From contig OZ024740.1 in NCBI GenBank assembly GCA_964016885.1, positions 123,628,001 through 123,692,000 on the forward strand: a DNA stretch of 64,000 bases, in the 5' to 3' direction. The notes beneath the pieces are model-generated. The model was given only the letters and a program-made list of their open reading frames with translations. It was not told the origin of the DNA and searched no databases. The position numbers were made by a program, and so were the translations under genes. The stretch is from Eledone cirrhosa (Eukaryota). Of the stretch, positions 54,520 to 64,000 are shown piece after piece; position 1 is the stretch's first letter; every line of letters begins with the position of its first letter.

Positions 54520-57153
54520 TATATACGATATTAATAAATGGAAACTATATTTATAAAACCATACTTATTTCATTATACATATTTCAGGGATACCAAATTA
54601 AATTATGGTATGCCTTCATCAGACAAAATACAATATATAACAGTTTTACAAATAAGCTTTGACGTACTCTTTTAAAATGCGACCATTATTTTTGGAAGCC
54701 ATCTGGATAGTGAATTGTTTATATTATTTTAATAAGTCTTAGTGTTAAGGACAATTAGAAAAAGACGGAGAGAAAAAAGACGGAGAGAGAGAAAAAAGAA
54801 AAAAAAAAAACGTGGAGAAATATCGGAGAGAGAGAAATGCATGGAGAAGAAAGGAAGAGATAAAGACAGGAGGAAAGAAAGAAAAAAGAAAAACAGAAAA
54901 AGGAAGAAATAAGAAAAACAGAGGAAAGCAACAGAGAGATATCAAAACATCAGACAGATAGAAAGACTCAAGAGAGAGAAATAATATATAGAGAGAGGGG
55001 GAGATAATGAAAACTTTACGTCATGTCATATTAAGTTGAGTTAACAATTTATATGAAATGAATAATAAAAATATAAATATTAATAATCATGAATGGGACA
55101 TGAATATATAATATGAGAAATTAAACATTGTTTAATAATGATTATATGTTTAGTTTAAAAATTGAGATCAATATACTAAAATTTGAGTTTAAGCATCCAA
55201 AATGTACACATTGCTAGAGAAACCACTATCTTACTGCAAAGATACACAAATATATATATATATATACGCACATCCTGAAAATAGAAATTATATCTACTCA
55301 AGCCTACAATATAGACATACAAAACACAAATGATTTCTCTTAATCACTGCTATACATTCCTTGTGTTATAAAAAGTTCACAGTATATATACATAAATATA
55401 TACGATTAACATTCATGCCTTCATATATTCAATTATCATTCATGCATTTAACATTCTGTTAAAATTATGCATGTCTGCAATCAAAACTGCGTGGGTAGGC
55501 ATGCACACACATAACTCTCACCCACACACATACATATACATATATATATATACACATACACATATGTATAAATAAATATTTGCGTGCGTCTTCACCAATT
55601 GTTAGACCCGCATCACTCATGTACACATACAGACAGATATACAATCATAAAAAACATATAACACTTTTATATGCATGTTAATACACGCATACCTATTTGT
55701 ATAGAGATAATCAAATATCAATATATTACTAAAGGATTATACTTTGGAAATATAATTATAACAATATAAATTTAAAATACCAAAGGATTATATTTTGGAA
55801 ATACAATTATATCAGTATAGTCTAAAGGACAAACGAATTCTAGAAATATCAAAACATTAAATATCTTTAAAATATTATAGAGTATCTTAAGTTAAAATAA
55901 TATGTTTCATATATTTAGTATAGAAATTTATCCTACGTATATTTCAATCAAGATATTGAGAGGGTAGATTTATGAAAATTATGAGAAGCTATCAGAATCA
56001 AAACAAACCTAATAAAAATAAATAAAAATAAAAATAAAAATAAAAATAAAAGTTAAATAAATATTATATCAATATAATTTAAAAATCTAAAAATTTAAAA
56101 AGTTTAAAAATTTTAAAAATTTAAAAAAGCCAAGGATTCTACAGATATCCTTATATTTAGTATAGAAATTTATCTTACGTATATTTTATTTAAGACATTG
56201 GAAGTATAGACATTTTAGAGTAGTTTATTATATCTATGTTTATATTTAGGAAGAAAATTTAAAAAGAAAAAGGTGAAGGAATCTAATGATTTATCGACAG
56301 GTTTCATATATTAAATTACTTAATTAATTATACTACATTTTAAATTTATATTTATATTTAAACGTTGAGTTCAATCTATGTCTGCAGCAACTGAATAAAT
56401 TATTCCTTAAATTAAGGGAATTTTTGGACTTTAATATAAAGAATATTTCTTCAATACAACGATCACAATTTTCTGAAGAGGAATTAAAAGGAGTAGCTTA
56501 TGAGATAATATTCCAAGTCATCGAATATTTAACATTATCTCGTTTTAGGTCCCATAGTAGGCTAGGTAGCGAAGTTGAGTTTTTTTCGTTTGGATCTGTG
56601 AAAGAATTTTTATGATTATTAAAGCGAAATTTAAATTCTGTAGAGGTAGGACCGACATAGTTAAATGAATTTAAATTAGTTTTAACATTACAATTGTACA
56701 CTACATTTTTAGCTAAGCAGTTGTTATTTAACGGACAGGTAGATTTATTTCTACAGTTAGAGTTATTCAATTGAATATTGCTTGGGTTATTATTGGTATT
56801 TTGGTTAACACTAAGACTTATTAAAATAATATAATAAAGTTAACACTAAGACATATTAAAATAATATAAACAATTCACTATCCAGATGGCTTCCAAAAAT
56901 AATGGTCGCATTTTAAAAGGGTACGTCAAAGCTTATTTGTAAAACTGTTATATATTGTATTTTGTCTGATGAAGGTATACCATAATTTAATTTGGTATCC
57001 CTGAAATATGTATAATGAAATAAATATGGTTTATAAATATAGTTTCCATTTATTAATATCGTATATCTACTCCAAATACTTGTCGAGTGCTTTATATCAG
57101 TTATAAACATATTTACTTATTGTATCCCAACAATTTTAAATAGGACTTTTGCA
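54520..57153 (-). mobile_element. 5'-truncated Naiad (relative of the 42192 family): pLTR + 3' UTR + EN + inverted pLTR
   Basis: EN remnant at 56331-56770; inverted arms at about 54520-54730 and 56857-57067. Confidence 0.88.
56958..57022 (+). ncRNA. Canonical type I hammerhead
   Basis: TATTTTGT-CTGATGA-AGGtATACCA..TGGTATcCCT-GAAA-TATGTA-TA-ATGAAATA. Mirror copy at 54566-54630 (-). Confidence 0.85.
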
Positions 57154-57171
57154 TATATATATATATTTATT

Positions 57172-57236
<65 letters not shown>

Positions 57237-58192
57237 GTATTCTATTTTCTCCTAGTTTATTTTACACCTAATTCTGTTTAGTTGACTATATCTGGGTGAT
57301 TACGCTGTCGAAATATTCGATAAATATTCCGCTACGGCCGACGCAAAGCGCTAGTTTCGGTTATTTGTCGGAGATTTCTTCATAGAAGCCTCATTCCTAT
57401 AGCTTGGTCTATTCGGTGTTTTATATAGTTAATTATGCTAATTGGGAGAGGAAATAGTATATATTTTATCTTGTGATTCTATAGACATGTTTTATGATAT
57501 ATATATATATATATATATAGAAGGATTTTAATGGATACAGTTTAGTTAAAAGGAATTTATTGACACGTGTTTCTATAACAGTTACATAACCTGAAAACAG
57601 CTGCTATCTACAAAGTATTAGTTATGCAGACATTCAATATTTCAATGTTATTATCAACTGTCATTTCATCGGAATAATTTTACTGAGGACCTGTTTGGTT
57701 TTTATAGAGAATATTAGGAGGGTGGGGTGAAGTTGTTAGAAGAATAGTTGAGGGAGTGGTTTTTTGATAGCAGTGAGAATTTTTGGTGGCAGTGAGTAAT
57801 TAGATTCCCATCTGTTGTTTTGACATTTTTATAGAATATATTATTGGTTATTTTTCTAAATCTATAGAAGGATTAGAGATAGTATAGATATGCGTGGTTG
57901 GTTTTGTGTTTGCACTTAATTAACATTCAGACTTAAATTTTTCTTTCAAGTGTACGTATCCTTTCGCCCACGCATTCACACACAAACATATATGCACACC
58001 TCTACAAAATACATATACTCACATACACATACTTACATGCTCATACTTACATACATATACACATGCACACATATATATATACACATATATACATGTACAT
58101 ACATACGCGTTCATGTGTATACATTTTCATACTCAACTTATCTTTATATACACACGTATAGACACACACATATATACACACATACTCCAGTC

Positions 58193-58251
<59 letters not shown>

Positions 58252-58529
58252 CACTTTAATACATGAATGCTCTTACATCTAACTATACACATCAATCATA
58301 TATATATATATTTACTTATTTATATACATTTTCACATATATATACATACTTATGGTCGCTTTTAGACACATTCATTATAGCATATTTGCACCTATTCTCA
58401 TCAGCATATCTTTCCATTATTAGTGTGGTAATTTAAGGTTATTAATATACATATATATGTTGAGAAGAGATTGTTTTTATATTTTTCTAACTAGATTGAG
58501 GTTTATATAGTTGGGGGGATGTCCCTCTT

Positions 58530-58905
58530 TTATGTAATATTCAGCTTGTAGTGGGAACAAAGGGTTTTAGTTCGGTGACGGCAGAATAATGTTCGTTCAA
58601 TTCTGTTATTCAGCAATTTCCTCCTGTGTGTGATTATATAATAGATCTCAAGATTACACAATTTGCAGAAATTTTGGCTCCTGGAAAAGCTTTGGGTTTT
58701 AGCTAATTTTTCCCATTTTAGCGTAAACTTTTGATCGCTATCCCTGAGCGTCCAAGCTTTTTCTGCTAAAGTTGTTACATTTCTTTGGCTCTGGTGTTTT
58801 ATTGAGTAAGAATGCCTATATAATCGAGATTTAAACGATGTTGCCGTTGATCCCACGTAATACCACTCGTTGCCTCCGGATTTAATGGTACACTTATAAA
58901 TAATA
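58530..58905 (-). pseudogene. Naiad GIY-YIG endonuclease fragment
   Basis: IIYKCTIK..YYVGSTATSFKSRLYRH..CKLCNLE..CRHR. Confidence 0.82.
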
Positions 58906-59138
58906 TATATATATATATACACAGTTCAAGAGTAAACAATATTAAAGAGAGAGATGGAGATAGGAGAGGAGATTGCAGAGGAGAGATTGGTGAATTAGTT
59001 AGAAGCCAAAGCTGTTGACAATCTTTTAATAATGTCTTCCGTGTGAAATTTGTGGTCTTGTTTTTCTTAACTAATGAATATATACTATATATATATATAT
59101 ATATACTATATATATATATATATATACATATATATATA

Positions 59139-59196
<58 letters not shown>

Positions 59197-59315
59197 TAAA
59201 TATATATATATATATTATAAATATATATATACTATATATATATATATATATATACATTATATATATATATATCAAAATGAAAATCCGAAGGCAAGGTAAA
59301 ATTCCAATCATTTAA

Positions 59316-59389
59316 TCACGACACATGTTTCAATACGAGATAGATCGATTGTGAAGCCATGATAAATTATCATTGATCTCATCAGGTGA
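59316..59389 (-). ncRNA. Type I hammerhead with enlarged stem II region
   Basis: TCAC-CTGATGA-GAT..ATGATAA t TTATCAT..ATT-GAAA-CATGTG-TC-GTGA. Confidence 0.65.
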
Positions 59390-60208
59390 AAATGAATTGT
59401 CTTCAAATTCTTGATATGAGAGAGAAAAAATAACGATGTTCTTTCAGAATTCATTCCCTCATATGGAGACACACCAGTCAGAAACACGGCTACTATAATA
59501 GCCCCAATAACTTGTCTATAACTCTGTACCTCTTTGACCCCTTTAACTAAATTTTGTCCGAACAACACCACTAGAAGAATCTACTTCCCCCGCCAACCCT
59601 AACACGCTTCATTAAGCTAACTGCTGCCAAAACATTCTCTCCTTACAATCTCTACTAGTCTGACAGTCTTAAATCCTAGGACTCCCTCCTCCTTACTCAC
59701 TTCCCTCTTCCCCTTCTCTTCCTACCTCCTTCTTTCTCTTTTATCTAGTGTATAAAATATTTTCATATCATTCCAATACAAAGGTCTGACGACATGGTGT
59801 GTTTGCTTACAGTGTACCTTCGGTTTATGATAATATTTTTATATTATTCAAATAGCGAGGTATAGGTAACCCATACACTATAGAAACAATTGTTACCTAA
59901 TAAATTCTTTATACCCGCATTTCCATTTCATAAACTTCTTCTGTCTCTCTATATATATATATATAATATATATATATATGTATACTATCTATATATATAT
60001 ACTATATATATATATATATACTATAGTATTAAGGATACTATTTATGGTTATGTATATACTCTATTTTAAACCCTAAACAGTGAAAGACAGTAATTTATTA
60101 CTACCTTATTACCAGTAAGATAAATAGCTCAATGTAATAACATCAGTTGTTCTACAGAGCAGTTATATAGAAATTACATGAATCAAAGTTCTGTTCAAAT
60201 TATTTATT

Positions 60209-60256
60209 AGCTTACAATTGTTTCTTCCAAACCGAGTTTTGGAGTCTTCGGACCAA
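60209..60256 (-). ncRNA. Hammerhead, U4C core (family of 14765)
   Basis: CCGAAGA-cTCCAAA actcgg TTTGGAa-GAAA-CAATTG-TA. Confidence 0.62.
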
Positions 60257-60665
60257 TTTTTCAATGATTGTTTACATACATGACCTCCTTTCCAACACAA
60301 GAGACATACAGAAACATGTATATATCGATGTACAGTGGGTTGACATCCATTATAATATTTTAGCATGGCAATTTACATTCAAAGATTAAAGTCATAATAA
60401 AAGAAAATTAAAACAAGATTAAAGTTAAAATACAACATTGGCAGTTTACGAAGATAATGCAAGAGGATAGTTTGAAGTAGTTAGTGTATGCAATAGTTAC
60501 ACGTGGGGCATTCACGTGTGTCTTATTTATATAAGATTATCAGATTATAGTGCGGCAAGGTGTTATATGGCATACAAGCACTTTAGCGGGCAATCAAGAG
60601 TATTATGGGGGTTGTATTGGTAAAGTATTTTTTATGTATGATATAGAAGCTTGTGTGCAGAGAAA

Positions 60666-60872
60666 TATTAAAAATGAGAAGCAGAATAATGTTATGGTTT
60701 TCGCATACACAACCATTTTCACAATCTAGGAAACGTAATATATAGATTATATGTCCTTCACATAACCAACGATTATGTGAAGGATATATAATCTATATAT
60801 TACGTTTCCTGGATTGTGAAAATGGTGGTGTATGCCAAAACCATAACATTATTCTGCTTCTCATTTTTAATA
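60666..60872. repeat. Fold-back hairpin with arms of about 100 bp
   Basis: 60666-60765 vs 60772-60872. Confidence 0.85.
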
Positions 60873-60961
60873 AAGTGCGCAGGTTGGTTTGGTTACTCCG
60901 GAGTAATCTAAAATAAAATAAAATAAATAAGTCAAATGTTTAAAATTTAGCTTCGTTTATT

Positions 60962-61016
60962 ACTGCTATATATATTCCGGTGACAGCCATCTTTGGCTGT
61001 GACCTCTTCAGGCAGT
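60962..61016 (-). ncRNA. Type I hammerhead (GGAA in place of GAAA)
   Basis: ACTGC-CTGAAGA-GGTcACAGCC aaagat GGCTGTcACC-GGAA-TATATA-TA-GCAGT. Confidence 0.7.
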
Positions 61017-61670
61017 CCGAATTAGTGTGGTATAGACAAGTACATATGTTGTTGGGGTGTATAACCTAGTCAATACTCTGATATGCCCAGTTCCTGGTTG
61101 GGTTGTTATTTCACTGAGGAACTGGAATCATATGAATTCAAACAAACGAATTTCAGTGTCAAAGGGCCTCTTCTTCTCTCATTGGTCAGTTGTTAGAACA
61201 TTCCTCATTCAAAATTCTATAGAAATTCGTCATGGGGCAAGCCAATCTGTAGTTATTGTTCTTGTTATTGTTTGGTACATTTTTCATTTTTTCAATTTTT
61301 CAATCTTGATTTCTCTTTATTAATTTGTTATTTGTTTTCTGTTCTCTTCTTCACTTTATCACCTTATATTTATTTTTAAGTTGAGATTGGTTATAACAGA
61401 AACACATTTTATTTGATTATCTTATTCTTTTATTATTTTACCATCTTGTTCCTCATACCAATCTATCCAACATATTTCTGACCTTGAGATTGGTTATAGC
61501 ACACACACACTTTATCTTACTTTATTTCAATCTTCATTTTATTTTTCTCTTCTCTATATTCATTTTCATTACTTTTTCATTAATTTTTCATTTATTCTTT
61601 ATTTTCTATTTATTATTCATTTTCTGTTTTCTTCATTTTATTACCTTATATTTATTCATATACATGGAAG

Positions 61671-62222
61671 CATTATTTACTAGAATTCTATAAGAACCAC
61701 ACATCCATGATTTCAGCAAACAGGAGGAGTAGTTGGCTTTGATAAGAATCAATAAATGCAAAACAGGGCCCTGTCATCTTTATCTCCCCTGTTTGCTGAA
61801 AATTAAAGTAAGTGAGTCTGTCACTACACGAAACAATAGCATAAAGTCTAAGAAATACTTTTAATTAAGCATAGAGTGTATTGCAAAATACACTATATAT
61901 ACATTCATATATATATAGCTATTTCAGAGCACCAATTCTAATTTTCAATTTCTGCTTGACCGGCAAACGCTCTGTATAATCAGTTCCTGATTATTTACTA
62001 GAATTCTATAAGAACCAAACATCCATGATTTCAGCAAACAGGAGGAGTGGTTGGCTTTGATAAGCTTTCAATAAATGCGAGACAGGGCCCTGTCATCTTT
62101 ATCTCCCCTGTTTGCTGAAAATTAAAGTAAGTGAGTCTGTCACTACTCTAAAACAGAGCATAAGGTCTTCGAAATGGTTTTAATTAAGCATTAAGTGTAT
62201 TGCAAAATACACTATATATACA

Positions 62223-62230
<8 letters not shown>
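61671..62230. repeat. Direct repeat with period of about 320 bp and an internal hairpin
   Basis: 61671-61910 matches 61990-62230; TTTCAGCAAACAGG...CCTGTTTGCTGAAA. Confidence 0.8.
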
Positions 62231-62289
<59 letters not shown>

Positions 62290-62321
62290 CTATATATGTA
62301 TATATATAATGTATATATATT

Positions 62322-62359
<38 letters not shown>

Positions 62360-62360
62360 A

Positions 62361-62391
<31 letters not shown>

Positions 62392-62400
62392 CTATATATG

Positions 62401-62472
<72 letters not shown>

Positions 62473-62625
62473 TAAGATGTATGGTAGGTCGTATGTGAAT
62501 CGCGATGATCACGTCTGAGCTACCAAATATGTGACGGTAGCTAGTTAAGCTCTATGCGTATACGCAGAGCAGAAATATTAGTGAAAAAGAACAAAGGAAC
62601 TATTATGACATTATAACAAGTTTAT

Positions 62626-62673
62626 TGCCGACAGCCGTTTCGTCCGACCACATGGTGGGACTTTTCAAGGCAT
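62626..62673 (-). ncRNA. Hammerhead, U3-A8 core
   Basis: TGCCC-TTGAAAA-GTCC caccatgtggtc GGAC-GAAA-CGGCTG-TC-GGCA. Confidence 0.65.
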
Positions 62674-63546
62674 ATAACATGTGATTGTAAGATCATTATT
62701 TACATCAACGTATCACTTAAGGCTAGCAGTTTGAAATTGTGGTATACATCAGCAACTCCGCTTGTATAGTTGGGGTCTATATTCTAAGGGGGCTCTTTTA
62801 TATCAGTTGTCGGGGTCAGGGATTGAAGTTTAAAAATTAGATAATATATAATTTACGCATTAACAGTAAACTAAAAGACTTGGGGTCCCGTAGAAGCACC
62901 TTAGAAAATCCCTCAATAAGTGCATAAAGCTTACAGGCTCCAATAAACCTACTAGACTAGAAGAAATTAAGAGGCTAATAACATAAAACAAAAAATAAAA
63001 ATATAAAGTTTCCCTAAAAAATATATAATGTTTCCTATGAAATTCCTTCTAGAGAAAAAATTTTTTTCCGATAGATAAAAACCATCTTCCCCCGAGATCA
63101 CGTTTACAAATTTCAGAAAACTTACGAAGTTTTGATGTTCCCTTCTAAGTTGAAAGAAACTAATCAATTAAAGGTTAATTCAAAGAGCCTTCTATAATTC
63201 TCTCAGAAAAGGCCCCTTTAATATTTTTAATAGGAACTTCTTCCGAGAGACCCTTCGAAGAATTAAAATTTTAGAGAGCCTTTAAGGATATATATAAAAA
63301 CGAATTGAGGAAAATTATACATTAAAAGTTAAAAATTACGGTATTTGGGACATCCGAGGAATTTTCAAAGGGCTGCTTCAACAGATACAACTTAGGCATA
63401 ATAGATACAATAATTTAAGTAATTTAAGTAATTTAATTAGGGAGCAATTTAAGGAGTTTATCAAGTTGGGCAAGATTAAAGAAAGTGGTAAATAAGAAAA
63501 TACATAAGTAAAAAGACAATAATTATAAAATGTATTTTTAAGAAGG

Positions 63547-63762
63547 TATAAGGTAGCTTCAGTAATCTAACAATGTATTATCACAAAAAATTATTATAAA
63601 ATTATTGATACAGGATTAACAAAGGCATAATAATATATATTCCTGCCTAATTAAGATATAAGGTAGCTTCAGTAATCTAACAATGTATTATCACAAAAAA
63701 TTATTATAAAATTATTGATACAGGATTAACAAAGACATAATAATATATATTCCTGCCTTATT
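63547..63762. repeat. Tandem duplication of about 109 bp
   Basis: 63547-63655 matches 63657-63762. Confidence 0.85.
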
Positions 63763-64000
63763 AACAAGTAATCAAAACACTATTAACAGTCAGGCAGAAT
63801 TAGCTCAGGGATATCCCGCGCTCGGATACTTTACACACACACAGCAACACATAGGATTAGCACAGACACAATGGTATATTCCTGCCTAATTAACAAACAA
63901 TCGATTAACAATTGATGGTCAAGAAAATGTACTCAGGGATATCCCGCGCACGGATATTTACATACATACAACAGGATGAACAGTACTGGTGACCGTGTGG

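Noticed and set aside
57555-57625. Possible minus-strand HHR (GAAA-CACGTG-TC)
   Set aside because: The upstream core is too degenerate (TTGTAGA) to call.

Overview
AT-rich animal genomic DNA, probably an octopod cephalopod (inferred from an Octopus-type SINE and RTE LINEs). No host gene is recognisable. The window is a dense nest of retroelements inserted into (TA)n / (TA)nG microsatellite arrays. It holds Penelope-like elements (PLEs) of two types: Neptune-like and Naiad-like, including one Naiad with an uninterrupted 737-aa RT + GIY-YIG ORF and full pLTR architecture. It also holds 5'-truncated RTE LINEs that carry an internal PHD-type finger, one SINE and two local segmental duplications. 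Manual reading found about 30 type I hammerhead ribozyme (HHR) motifs from more than 10 sequence families. Many have non-canonical cores (U3-A8, U4C, U4A) or long stem II insertions. They sit in pLTRs, in fold-back hairpin elements, and in ORF-less tandem HHR units that resemble retrozymes. Two independent fold-back elements keep only an open GIY-YIG endonuclease ORF, started by an ATG from the inverted pLTR and preceded by CCAAT and E2F-like motifs. Most ORFs in the supplied track are microsatellite artefacts. All structures were paired by eye, so boundaries are approximate and activity is untested.
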